Shown: positions 13,957-26,970 of the stretch, one piece after another | Layout of the letters: each line of letters opens with the position of its first letter | How positions within the stretch are numbered: position 1 is the first letter of the stretch | Assembly (NCBI RefSeq): GCF_002113885.1 | Contig: NW_018408358.1 | Location: forward strand, 321,903 to 385,902 | DNA: 64,000 nucleotides | Origin: Mizuhopecten yessoensis | Taxonomy: Eukaryota | Reading direction: 5' to 3' | Position numbers and translations under genes: made by a program | The notes under the pieces: model-generated | Database searches by the model: none | The model's input: the letters and a program-made list of their open reading frames with translations, nothing else | Told to the model about the DNA's origin: nothing

Positions 13957-15260
13957 GTTGGTGTGTTTACCATGTTGTCTGTGTGTTTACCATGTTGTTT
14001 GTGTGTTTACCATGTTATTGGTGTGTTTACCATGTTGTGGTGTATTAACCATGTTGTTGGTGTGTTTACCATGTTGTTGGTGTGTTTACCATGTTGTTGG
14101 TGTGTTGACCATGTTGTTGATGTGTTTACCATGTTGTTGGTGTGTTTACCGTGTTTTTTGTGTGTTTACCATGTTGTTGGTGTGTTTACCATGTTGTTGA
14201 TGTGTTTGCCGTGTTGTTGGTGTGTTTCCCATGTTGTTTGTGTGTTGGCCATGTTGTTGGTGAGTTTACCGTGTTTTTTGTGTGTTTACAATGTTGTTGG
14301 TGTGTTTACCGTGTTTTTTGTGTGTTTACCATGTTATTGGTGTGTTTACCATGTTTTTTGTGTGTTTACCATGTTTTTTGTGTGTTGACCATGTTTTTTG
14401 TGTGTTGACCATGTTGGTGGTGTGTTTACCGTGTTTTTTGTGTTTTTACCATGTTGTTGGTGTGGTTACCATGTTGTTTGTGTGTGTACCATGTTGTTGA
14501 TGTGTTTCCCGTGTTGTGTGTGTGTTTACCATGTTGTTGTTGTGTTTACCATGTTGTTTTTGTGTTGACCATGCTGTTTGTGGGTTTACAATGTTGTTGG
14601 TGTGTTTTCCATGTTGTTTGTGTGTTTGCCATGTTGTTTGTGTGTTGGCCATGTTGTTGGTGAGTTTACATGTTGTTTGTGTGTTTAACATGTTGTTTGT
14701 GTGTTGGCCATGTTGTTGGTGAGTTTACATGTTGTTTGTGTGTTTAACATGTTGTTTGTGTGTTGGCCATGTTGTTGGTGAGTTTACATGTTGTTTGTGT
14801 GTTTAAAATGATGTTAGTGTGTTGACCATGTTGTTGATGTGTTTCCCGTGTTGTGTGTGTGTTTACCATGTTGTTTTTGTGTTGACCATGCTGTTTGTGG
14901 GTTTACAATGTTGTTGGTGTGTTTACCTTGTTGTTGGTGTGTTGACCATGTTTTTGGTGAGTTTACCATGTTGTTTGTGTGGTTACCATGTTGTTTGTGT
15001 GTGTACCATGTTGTTTGTGTGTTTGCCATGTTGTTTGTGTGTTGGCCATGTTGTTGGTGAGTTTACCGTGTTGTTTGTGTGTTTACCTTGTTGTTTGTGT
15101 GTTGACCGTGTTGTTGGTGTGTTTACCATGTTGTTTGTGTGTTTACCATGTTGTTGGTGTGTTTACCATGCTGTTTGCTTAGGTTTCATGTTGTTTGTGT
15201 GTGATATAACAATATTGTTTTGCTAATAACAATGTTGTTGTGTTGGTTTGTGGTTACCAT
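13957..15260. repeat. 20-bp tandem array (TGTGTTTACCATGTTGTTGG), about 64 copies
   Basis: Direct periodicity; source of the Cys/Val-rich spurious ORFs. Confidence 0.97.
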
Positions 15261-16466
15261 GAGGTATATATACTGTATATAATTGCAAGGATGACATAAA
15301 ATCTTATCAACGTTTAATCTATGCTGGTACACCCCATACTCGTTTTACCGGTGCCATGGCGGGACAGTGCCAGATTACTACTGGTTCTCACTTTGGGCAC
15401 GTGTCATTACTTCAATTTCACCAAGGTTTTAATGGTGGACGAGTGTAACCGATGAATCAGAAGACGCTTAACCTTCCGAATCACCTGGACGTATTCAACT
15501 GGTGCTTTTTCAAGGGTCTGTGGGGTATTATGAAATCTTTCCATTGTTCATATTTTGCCCTAGTCTCATCGATTTTGAGTTCGTTCAAATTTCAGTTTTA
15601 TTACATTTTCATGTTTTCCTGTTTCCTCTTGCGCTGAGAGATGCCATGATATCACCAAATGGTCAATCACCCGTAGTCGGCGAGAACTGTATATAACTGC
15701 ATCAGATCGTTGGCCTCACCTGAGGCGAGTGTGGCAATTAAAACACTTTCTCTATACAGTCATCTGTAACCTCGAGTCATCGAACCTAAGTATAGCATTA
15801 AACTGTATCACATTTCTTCATGATATGTCTGTAAACTATGAAACCCAATGTTCTTAACGACCAATGACCAGTACATCAACGTCCAGTTAGATTAATGTCC
15901 AGTTAAACAATGTCAATAGTCAGACCAATGTCGAGAAGTGACCAATGTCCAGTCAATGCCTTGTTGCATTATAAGATAACCATGCTTTGAAACTTTGACG
16001 TGGTCAATCAAGTGCTGGCGATAATTGTTTGGGATTTGTGTCGATCATCTGCTGCACCTGAGGCGAGGACGGGAACACGCCACGTGTCTATGGTAACAAT
16101 TGCTGCAGTGATAATAGCGTTACCATCTCGTTACAGTTCGTGCGGTCATCTTCATTCTCCGGAATCTTTATAATGCTGCATTACAGTTCTATATAATCTG
16201 TCTGTTAGGTACATAGTCTCGTCTATGAAGGAATAAGTGTCACTAAATGTGTACGTCGCCGCCGGCAAAGCTACATTCACGTACTTGTGTAGTACATCGC
16301 CGCGATTGGGAACAGTAATGTTCATTTCAGGAAATAATCCCAATGTATCATTTTACGGTTCATTGTCTACATAATTTGGCGAGTGATAATAGCAGCAAAT
16401 TCAGCATGATTACATCTCTGTTTATATGCGTATTTTAGTGTATAAGAAATCCTTTCGGTCATATTT

Positions 16467-16690
16467 GCGGCCGCGGTGGTCAAGTGGTTAAGGTGTCTGA
16501 CATTATGCTACCACTAGCCCTCCACCACTGAGTCATGAGTTCGAGGCCTACGTGGGGCAGTCGCCAGGTACTGACCGCTGGTCGGTGGTATTTCTCCGGA
16601 AACTCCGGTTTTCCTCCACCACAAAAACCTGTCCTGTCCTTTAATGACCATAGCTGTTAAAAGGACGTAAAACAAAAACAAAACAAAAAC
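16467..16690 (+). mobile_element. tRNA-derived SINE with V-domain-like core
   Basis: A-box GGTGGTCAAGTGG and B-box GAGTTCGAGGCC; TTTCTCCGGAAACTCCGGTTTTCCTCCACCA core; (AAAAC)n tail; flanked by gtcatattt / gtcatatct (TSD-like). Second copy at 43348-43553. Confidence 0.85.
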
Positions 16691-17020
16691 TTAGTCATAT
16701 CTTACTTGATAGCAAAATAATGCAGGATAATATTTATCACAATACAAGGAAGTGTATGAGAAAACAAATACAAAGCCATTAGTTTGTTCGGATCTGTCTT
16801 TCTTTAAACCACATGACTAGAGCAAAAAGACGAATAAATTCCCACCCTGTTCCACCTCGGCATGTTTACATAACTCATATATACCATAAAGCACAATGGA
16901 GCGTTTTCCTACCTTCTCGCCATAAAGCCCTAAGGCATCACCTCGGAATCCATCAGCCTTTTCCCATACTAACAATAAAAAATGTAGCCACTTTCTCACT
17001 CCCCTTCCTGATCATAAATT

Positions 17021-20000
17021 AATTACATGAAAAACATGAACGATCGATTGGGGCGAATAGAAACACAAGTACACAAGATTGATCGTACAGATGCAGCATT
17101 AACTTCCCTCAATGCGAAGGTTATTACTATGGAACATCAAGTAAAAGGAAATAGCACAGAAAAACATTGACACAGAAAAAAGTACGGAAGCTATCGGGAA
17201 ATTCTATGAACAGATGAAACGAAAGACTGAAAAAAACGAGACAACATCATCAAAAACACAGGGAGAACTCCAGGGTGTAATAATGGAAACCAGAGACATT
17301 TCAACAAATCAATGCTTTATCAAAAACGAAATGATGAATTTTAGAAAGGACTGTGAAGAAATCAAACTAGAGTAGGAAGACCAAAAGTGTAGAAACATGA
17401 AATACAACCTTATTCTAACGGGTTTAATGTAACTACGATACGAAGCAATCGGAGACGAAGTGCGTGACTTTTTTCAGTGTCAACTTGGAATCACGCGACA
17501 TATGGAATTCGCGAACGTGCACCGATTCCAGAAATACGTTCATGGTAAATTCCGCCCAGTTGTTGTCCGCTTTTCGTACAACGGGGACAAACAAGAGGTC
17601 AAAGATCGTGGTTATATGCTACGAGGTACCCGATTTGGCATAAACGAACAATTCACGGATACAGTCGAGGAACTACGGAAAAAATGATATCCGGTCATGA
17701 GGCACTACAAGCGCGTTGGTCACCATGCCAAACTTGTGAGAGATCGTCTGTACATTGACGGAGAACTTTACTTGCCAGGCAATGACATGGATACTGTACA
17801 GAGGTCGGATACTCAGAGGTCCTATAGTGACGTCACTCAACAAAAAGTGCAGCAACATTAGCCTCCTGTTGAAACGAGTATGCCAGCTAGCAGACGCGGC
17901 AGCAAAAGAGGACGTAATCCGTCTACCCCCGATGGGCGTGAACGACTTCAGCCGCCCGAGTCCCGCGCGCGCACCAGCTCGCCGCAGCAGCCCATAGCCA
18001 GCTTCCATGGTATTGGGTCGCCAATATCACCAGAATGGCACTACATGCCAGCGCGACAAGAACGCATCGCCGAATTCCAAGGACAACATACGGCTACTGG
18101 CCAGAAGTGGACGGGTTCATCTTTGCGAAAGGACCACAGTGCGCGCTTCGATCGCGAGCCACCTAGAGGGAATCACGACTTGTCGTATTAGGGTTGTGTG
18201 GAGAGACTTTCCATTATCTCATGGAATATATGTAGATCGATCATGGACAAATTAGATACAGAAGAGTTTGTAAATATTATTACCAAATATGACAGCTGTG
18301 TGTTTCCTAGAATGCATGGTAAAGGCGGTGGAATTGTAATTTTTATCAAATCAACTGTCTGTGATTACTGTAGTGTAATAGATAGCATTAATGACAACAT
18401 TGTGTTGTTAAAAATATCCAATAACATTAGAAATAATGTCAGTGATATATACGCATTTGCTTGTTATTTCCCACCTGAAAATGGAATTTTTTAACACAAA
18501 TGTGAAATTGATATTTTTGCCAGACTTGAGGAAATGGTGTGTGAATATAAAGGATTAGGTGAAGTGATTGTACTAGGAGATTTCAATAGTAGAACGGGTA
18601 TTTACGACGATTATATAAGTAATGATATTGTTAATCAAGGGCCTGCGCATGTTATTTCAAATATTGTAAATTATGTTAATGATTCTGTACCATCCAAACG
18701 TTCCAATTCTGACCTGCATATTAACCAACTTGGAAGACATCTTTTTTCACTGTGTAAATCTACTTCCTTGAGAATTGTAGATGGACGACATAAAGATGAT
18801 CCTAATGGTAGCATAACTTTTATGAATAGTAGGGAATCTAGTCTAATAGATTATGTATTGACTGTTGATGATTTTTTTTAAAGAATATTACTCACTTTGA
18901 GAGTGGAATATTAAATGTTTTTTCAGAATTTTCTCCATTTTGTATTACTGTGGATTCATTTGTAATGATAAAGATAATATATATACACATGTTAAATGGA
19001 ATGATGATCATGCAGAGAGAGCATTGCATTTACTAGAGGAAAGCCGTAGAGAGTTATTTAATGCTTGTAATAATATTGAGGATAATCAAAAATGTATAGA
19101 TGAGTGTGTGAATAAGTTTACTAATATATTAAATGAACTGTTAATGTCTTTAAATGTTACTAAATGCACCTCTAGAAAGGTTAAAAAAAGTTCGAGTGGA
19201 TGATAAACCATGGTTTAACAAAGTTTGTAAAAACAGATATATTGAATACAAAAACGCATTATTTACTTTTAATTCACTTAAGTCAGAGGAAAATAAGAAC
19301 ATTTTTATATCTGAAAAGCGTAACTATAAAAAACTGGAAGCTAGATTAAAGCGTGAATATATAGATCAACAAGGTAATATGATGGATTACTTGCGAAAAA
19401 GCAACCCTAAGGCTTTCTATAGTAGATTCAAGAAAAGAAAAAGTAACGATAAGGGGGATCTTCGTGAACAAGATTTTTTTAAGTATTTTAGGGATTGTCT
19501 TCAACGGAACCTGTTGAGAATGAAATGGTTAATGAGTTTTTAAAGAATTATGATGTTAATATACCAAATACTATGTTTCAAGAATTAGATGATCAGATAT
19601 CTGTATAGTGAAGCGCTCAAAGCAATCAATAAATTGAGTAACTCGAAGGCTGTGGTCCAGATCTACTGATTAATGAGTATTTTATTAAGGGTAAAGATGT
19701 ACTTATGCCATGTCTTGTGGTACTGTTTAACAATGTTTTTAAATCTGGTTTTTATCCTGCATCATGGTCGGTTGGTAATATAATTCCTATTTTTAAGAAA
19801 GGAGACAAGAACGATACCAATAATTACAGAGGAATTACTTTAGTAAGATGTGTAGGGATTTTTTCCCATCAATTCTTAATGAGCGTCTTGCTTATTTCGA
19901 TAGTGACTATTTTAAGTGATGCTCAGTTTGGTTTTAAGAAGAATTTATCAACTATTGACGCTGTATTTGTATTACACACATTAATAAGTAAAACCCTGAA

Positions 20001-21662
20001 AAATAGAGATAGACTGTATTGCTGTTTTATTGATTACAAAAAAGCTTTTGACTTCGTTAATAGACAGACCCTGTGGTACAAACTTATCAAAGAAGGTATA
20101 GAAGGAAAGATGTTGAATATTATACGTTCTTTGTACAGAGATGTTAAATGTTGTGTAAAGTATATCAAAAACATGTCAAATTTTTTTCAATGTAAAAATG
20201 GATTATTTCAAGGGGAAATTATGTCTCCTCTATTGTTCTCTTTGTATGTCAAGGATTGCGAAATGAATTTTTTAACAGAAGGGTGTCCTTCTATAGAGCT
20301 ACAAACTATTAATATATTAATGATGTGTGCAGACGATATGGTGTTATGGGTATTGCAGAAAATGTTAGATACATTATTACTTTATACAAATAAATGGAAT
20401 CTTACGGTTAATACTTCTAAAACCAAGGTAATGGTTTTCCGTAACGGAGGTAAGTTAAGAGAAGAAGATAAGTGGTACTTTGATAGAGGTGTATAAGATA
20501 TTGTAGATGAATTTAGTTACCTGGGTATATTAATGAATTTTAATGGTAAATTAAAAAAAAAATCAACAAATTATCGCTGGACAAGGAAGAAAAGCATTGA
20601 TTTCAGTATCAAACGTGTCTAAGAAAAATTATTTTAACGTTGAAACTCAGCTTCATGTTTTCGATACATATGTCTGTAGTATTTTTAATTATGGAGCGGA
20701 AGTTTGGGGCTTTCATAAAGCACCAGATATAGAGAAAATACATTTAAGTTTTTGTAAAAGATTAGTATGGGTTAAGAAATCTACTGCACATTTTATGGTT
20801 TACCAAGAATTAGGAAGATTGCCTTTGGAAATAATTGGGAAATTTAGAATTTTTAAACACTGGTTAAAATTAAAACAAACTGACGATTGTGTTTTACATG
20901 CATGTTATCAAGAAATGTTAGAAAATGGTAGTGAATGGATGAATGTAGTAAGAAACGAACTATTTAGAATGGGAGTAGGGTACATATGGCAATATGGAGA
21001 TACCTATACATCCGATTATATTATGAATATTATCAAAAGCAGAATGTGTGATATATTTAAGTAAGAATGTAAAGAAAAAATAGATTCATCATCTAAGTGT
21101 TCACTGTACAAGTTTATTGGCGAAAATTTCTGTTTACCACCATATTTAACAAAACATATAGGAAATACAAATCTGAAAGAAATTACAAAATTAGACTGTC
21201 ATCTCACAAATTAAATATTGAAATTGGTAGGTATAACAATGTAGATAGGATTGAAAGAACATGTGCATACTGCAACAGTGGGGATATCGAAGATGAATTT
21301 CATTTTATATAAAAATGTGAATGTTTTTTAGATTTAAGAAAGCGTTTTATTAAGAAATATTACTACGAAAGACCTAGCATGTATAAATTTATCCAACTTA
21401 TGGAAACAGGAAACAAAAAACCGTTAACAAATTTAGCCAAATATATTAAGCTGAGTAATAAGAAAAGAAAAGCCTATGTACCTGTATAAAGAGGGATGTC
21501 TCTCTACACTATACCAATGGATGTGTGTGTGTGTGTTTGTGGGTGGGTGTGTATTTGTGGGTGTGTATATGGGTGTGAGTGATTTTATTGTTTATCCTTG
21601 CATATATGTTTATTTTGAACTGATGAACCGTAAGGTTCAAGGTAATAAAAAACTGAACTGAA
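17021..21662 (+). mobile_element. Near-full-length degenerate non-LTR retrotransposon (RTEX-like): ORF1, APE endonuclease, reverse transcriptase, C-terminal zinc knuckle
   Basis: ORF1 coiled coil MKNMNDRLGRIETQV and NVHRF...RPVVVRF...FGINEQF. APE motifs LSIISWNI, GKGGGIVIFIK, CYFPP, VIVLGDFNSRTG, SLIDYVL. RT motifs PIFKKGDKNDTNNYRGITL, QFGF, FIDYKKAFD, GLFQGEIMSPLLF, CADD. C-terminal RLSSHKLNIEIGRY..CAYC..EDEFHF. AATAAA and (CTGAA)n tail. Multiple stops and frameshifts. The clade call is less certain than the LINE call. Confidence 0.93.
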
Positions 21663-24034
21663 CCTACCTCACCATTAAACAAGAAACTATTACCTCACTT
21701 TGAAAAAATGTATCTTTTCATACTAAAGAAACATTAGAGATCAAAGCTGTGTAGTCTCATTATGCGTCCTGGCAAAACAGCAGCACTATTTTATATTGTC
21801 TACACGCATATACACAAGGGGAAACGGTTTCGCGATTTTCCATTGTCCACGCTATAGACATCAGTGTTGAAATATACAATAAGATTACTTGGAATAAATG
21901 AAAAGAATCATGTTTCGACCGGAAGAAAATTTAGGATATTTTTTTTATATCGCCGAACGCATAAAATGTCCCTAAAACCCGCGCACAGAAAACACAACAA
22001 TAAACCAAGAGACCACAACGCCACTCAGAACACCTCTATCTTTTACATCTATTTCATATACATCGATCCCTCGGGAACACATATATATATTATTCTTTCC
22101 ACCGACCATAAAGCACACGAACGTTACGTCACTCATGCCAGCTTATGCCCTTTCCAAATGCCTTACCACTCGGAACTTCTCCGTTTCTTTCAATTAATCG
22201 CATAAGTATAAACCATAAGACCATTTACTCGGAATACCTCTTGCTCTATTTACCTCTCAGGTAGAAACACGATACCATAACCTATTTCAGTGGAATTGTT
22301 TTGGCCCGGAGTCCAACTCCGAATCGATGGTTGTATTTCGTCTTATGTCACTCGTGTAAGTGGTTTTATGTATAAATCAGTCTAGCCGACTCCCGGCTGA
22401 GCCGTAATTTCATTTTCATTTTATTGGATAAATCATGATACAGGCAGGCTTTATTGTTTTATCTTGGAAGCGCTGTCAATGAATGTAACATCTACTTAAC
22501 GCCTTTTCATTTTTAAGTTAAATGTGGTGAGACGTTACCAGTTAAATTGAAAGTGGTTATCGCGTTCTTGAGTCCTATAAAACGGAATTACATGTTCCTA
22601 AAAAAAATACAATGGCGATAATAGTTGTTGTTTTGCAAAGCAAAAGAAAAATACACAAAAAGTGCTAGCGTAGCAAAAGTGGGTCGTACAAAACTGATGA
22701 CGTCACAAAACATGTGTTACACGAAAACAGAGGAAATTCACGAAAAAACACCAGTAGCGTGATCTGTCCTGACTATCAAAAAGGGACACGTGTCAAAGCT
22801 TAACCAATTTTTAAATTGAATTACCCATGCTTCAGTTTTTCTACTCTCAAATATCAAAAATACTCCATTAAAATTTGTGTGTGTAATCTAGCTGAAAGCA
22901 GCAGAACTATGGAAGTGACATTGATTTCCAGCCTGAACATATTGTTGTTCGAGAGAATACATACACTGTACCATCTAACCATACAATCTGTTTCATTTTA
23001 AAACTAAAAAGTAACACACAAGTGACGCTCTTTAGGGAAGACCAGTGACGTAGCAATGTTTTTTTTGCTATGTTAGCCTTGTCATTCTTGAAGAACCAAT
23101 ACAATGAACCGGATATGGTGTGCAACACTTCCGGTTCAGATATCAGGGGTCGTCTCAAAAGTCAATTTACGATGGTAGTATAAACTGGCGATGAATATGT
23201 GTTGCTTGTATATAGTTTAAGGAATAGCTATGTATGTCAGGTTATGACCCGTGAACACATGTCAATTTGATAGATGGCAAAGCTAACTTAAACAGATGGT
23301 GAAGAAGATAATTATTTAATAAATATTCATAACTTTATAACGTGTGATCGGTCCAATAAATGTAGCAGCCTAAAATGTGCATAGGCGTTGGTTAACTCTG
23401 CCCACATCTACAGTTAAAGATCCCACATAACTGTGTCTCATTCCCAGAAAATTTGCATAGCTCCGCCCACTTAAACTGTTGATTTCATTTAAACTTAAAC
23501 TTGAACTGCTGTCAACGTCATAGAATCTTGTCACGTTCTATGGTCAGGTTATGAGAGGATAACTCCAGTTTGTGGGAACAATGTTTATTGAGTGACCGTC
23601 AGTATAGTCTGGAAATATTTGTCAATAAACGTGTGATAAGTATTAGAATAGCATGTGTATGGGTCATTTAGTACGACGGAAACGCCCGTATGCTCGTGAC
23701 AAAACTTACGTGTCATCAAAAGCAGATGAACGCTTCATACCTGGGCGAAACACAAACTATCTTTAGATTAAAAGGCATGTAATCTCGCCAAATCTCGTGC
23801 ACAATGTATAGACACATTATATAATGCTCGTAGAAACAACTACATACATTAATAAAGGACAACCATCAACTGATAATTAATTCTTTACATAACTCGACTT
23901 TTTCGCTTTTATTTATCACTATCGAGTTCAATATCTGGCATCTCTCTTAAGGCCCATTGTCCCACTTCAGCAAGACACTAGAAAACTCCACTGACGTGTT
24001 TCGTTTTGGATTTCCCTGTAGTCGGGCCGAGCCT

Positions 24035-24097
24035 AGTCTCGTCTCAACCAGACTCTTGTTGAGATTACAGAGATCAAGCGTCTGGTTGAACGAGACT
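24035..24097. mobile_element. Tiny foldback (hairpin) MITE
   Basis: AGTCTCGTCTCAACCAGAC...GTCTGGTTGAACGAGACT, an ~18-bp inverted repeat with a one-base bulge. Confidence 0.6.
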
Positions 24098-26273
24098 TTG
24101 CTGGGCCAGGAAACTATTGTTGCCTAGCCCGAGGATCTGCGGAACGTTTGACTACCAAATGATCAGAAAACGTTTTCTGATCATTTGTCTTTGGTTTGAT
24201 TCCCGATCTTACCCCGTAGCATTATTCATTTCAGAACACTTGAAACTTCGTGATTTTTTGTTTTTGTTTTTGTTTATTTCATCTTTATTATTTCCTCTTG
24301 AATGGGTTTCTTTTCAGAAAAAGTTTATCAAAGCTCTTTCCATGCAGATACAATGTCTAATTCATAGTTACAGATATTTGCAGCGGTACAAGGATTCTTA
24401 ATAAACGCTAACGTGTCCAGGTTATGACGTTTCAGTCAGATGACGCACCTTTAAGTTATCCCTGAGTGGCCCTGTCACGAGTAATATCCGTTTTCTGTCC
24501 TTAGCTTTTGCTAAAACGCAAAACTCCGAACGAGATAAACAAACAAACAAACAAACAATCCCCCGTAATACGTACTAGTATGCATACCAAAGATACTTGC
24601 AGGTTCTCTTTACGAACGCATCAAATGACGTCACTGATCGGCAATGTACTTCTCCGTAAAGAAGCGTTCGAGGTTTTTTGAGATAGTATTTGTAAACAAA
24701 TTTCAATTTTGTTGTTTTTAAATTTAAGTTTATAAGATTGATCCAACTAAGAGACGCCGTACGGCGAATATGTATCCCCGATGTTGATATACAAAGATAG
24801 TTATTTAGCATAGCGGTTGTATGACTGATGCTATAAGAGCCATCCGTAGCTAGCGAGGGCTATTGGGTACAAATGTTTTGTGAACTGTGAGAGAAGATAC
24901 CGCGCGCTGGGTTCCAGCACGTGAACCCACTGGACGTGTATAGTGCACGTTCGAGGATTAATATAATTTCGGTCAGTGTGTCACTACTGTAGAAGTGTGG
25001 GTGTGAATTCGTGGCAGAGGTCAAGGAATGGGGGTTAGAGGTCAAGGGTTGGGAGTAAAGGTCAAGAACTGATCTTCAGAAGTCGGTTGAGGTCGAAGGT
25101 CCGGGATAGGGTAATGCACTGGTATACGTATAAATGTGAGTAGTACGAAAACAAACTGTGTTTCATTAAACGAGATCTAGAGTGAGGGCGGGGATAAAGG
25201 TCAAAGGTTGAGATCAAAGGTCATGCTGGAAGGCTATAATGAGAAATCAAACAAGGAGTAACGTTATTAGTATGTACAAACAAACAAAGAAGAATTCAAT
25301 TTACTTAACCCGTGCTAGTGTCAGCATCCCGAGACATGTGGGCGGGGATACGTGTTAGCTCCGGGGGTCAGAGGTGGTGTCAAGGACTCCCCCGGGCGGC
25401 ATACGTGCTGTGTATACATGTACAGTCCAAATATAATTAAGGGGGAGTTGTGTGTCTTCCATCATTCTCATCACTTCGACCCTAAACTTCCTGATGTAAT
25501 GTCAATATTAAGATCGTCTGCTCTAAACAACTTCATCGACCTGATGCGTATAAGCTGGAAGAATGTGTTTTTTTCTGTTTAAAATGTTAAATTTTCACGA
25601 TTTACAACCATCAAGTGTCGCCTGTAAAGCTTTATAAAAACCATAAATTTGTTTGTTTGTTTAAAGTTTATCGTCCTCGTAACACCTATTTGGCCATATG
25701 GAGATGGGCACTGATGTCGACACCACCGAAAGGAAAGCAGAAAAGTGATAGAAGAAAAAAGAAAGAAAAAGTTGGTATTGACTTAAGTGTTGCGATTGGT
25801 ACAGTAGGTCAGGTTTGGTGGTGTAGTGTCCTCTAAGTAGGGAGGAGGGGGCGGGGGGGGGGGGGNATAGCATGTAGTGAGATACTACAACAGACCTAGT
25901 CCTTCCTCGAACATCGAACTTGGCAGGGTTTTAAACCCTAAAACCTTCAAAACGATAAATTACGCTGGTCCTCTAGGCACTTTTTACACTCAAAACACTG
26001 TTCTTAGTTTTGTTTTAAAATTCGTATTTGTAAACAAAGTTTTCAGTGTGAAGCTACGTTACGGGAGTGGTGCGAGGATCGTCAATAACTGCATTCCTGA
26101 TGAGATAAGTAACTTCCACTGACAAGCACAAGCCATATTTTTTTTACTTAGATATACGTACTTAAAGCAAGCGGAACCATATAATGCCGCATATTTAACA
26201 CTCCCATGCCTCTTCCTCTATTAGAATAAAGAATCGATTCACGGAAAAAGAGTTCTCAACAAATTGCAAAATG

Positions 26274-26425
26274 GTGGCCGGATGGCGCAAGGATGGTCGG
26301 CGCAGTAGATAGCGCACTTGCGTTTCACCAAGGCGACCGGGGTTCGATTCCCCCATCGGACGTGAAAAGGTATGCCCCCCNTAGTGACAACTTTTTTCAT
26401 AATAGTTGTAAAATAAATAAAGTTT
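26274..26425 (+). mobile_element. tRNA-derived SINE (second V-type family), internally truncated at the N at 26381
   Basis: GGCGCAGTAGATAGCGCAC..GGGTTCGATTCCC head, then TCGGACGTGAAAAGGTATG shared with 56620-56640, and a TTTCATAAT.GTTGTAA tail. Confidence 0.75.
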
Positions 26426-26970
26426 TGTTTTATAACAAGGTGCATCCAAGGCTTTTGGCGAGTAATATGATTTAGCTTCAATAACAGTCGTTCTTTAAAT
26501 CCCACCAATCTGAGGATCCTAGATATCAAAACCCGATCTAGATATTCTCCGATCTGTGCCAATGGCGTTAGTTGATGGTAAATATGTATTAACTCTAGCG
26601 TTGGCTCCCGATAATATTTACAGGTCGCTCAAAACAGACCACATCTGTTAGCCATATGTATCCCCACATTTCTTTTCAGTTTCAGCCTGGAAGCTCGTTA
26701 TATTTGTAAATATTTCTCGATTTTAACACAAGCACAATCGTACGTTGTCTAACACTGCTTAGAGATAGCAGGAAATTATACTTAGCACGTGTTCAGTTAT
26801 ACAGTGCCGTAAACTCTAGAGAGATACCGGGGAATTATAATAAAGGTCTGTAGAGTGTGTGTGAGAGAAGCACTTTCCGTAAATTATTTTTCGAGATATA
26901 TGGAAAGTATGTTACCCGGATTGATAAAAATGGAATATAAACAGGGTTGCTAGATATTGACATATAAGCC

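Larger units (their letters stand above)
12240..21911 (-). pseudogene. Decayed, apparently intronless multi-CTLD (mannose-receptor-like architecture) membrane receptor gene (copy A), split by a LINE, a SINE and a 20-bp satellite
   Basis: aaacATG at 21911, then signal-like MILF/LFQVILLYISTLMSIAWT. V-G-I-Y-D-Q-E-G rejoins across the LINE. Then ENAPLCFMVYMSYVNMPRWNRVGIYSSFC; LYRTVMQHYKDSGE*R*; KCDTV*CYT*VR*LEVTDDC..ATLAS; LFVPYKRNCYFS; GECEANLVG/TSWINTRLSCDANPRYIG; NWIDSKTLPF/HSKNKCV; YNPNNRIYRCASLF/VPWLLSECLSV*EMINVC. Hydrophobic GIVGIFLIPIG/LMSIMSGLLFICLIFSF near 12300-12410. About 3.5 kb remains after removing the insertions. Confidence 0.68.

Noticed and set aside
13930-15226. Cys/Val-rich ORFs resembling metallothionein or keratin-associated proteins
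   Set aside because: A 20-bp unit is not a multiple of 3; all frames give the same peptide, typical of a non-coding satellite.
16467-16560. tRNA gene (also 26290, 43348, 45335, 59140)
   Set aside because: A/B boxes continue into SINE cores and tails; no complete cloverleaf.
26095-26125. CTGATGAG hammerhead-like core
   Set aside because: No properly placed GAAA and stems found.
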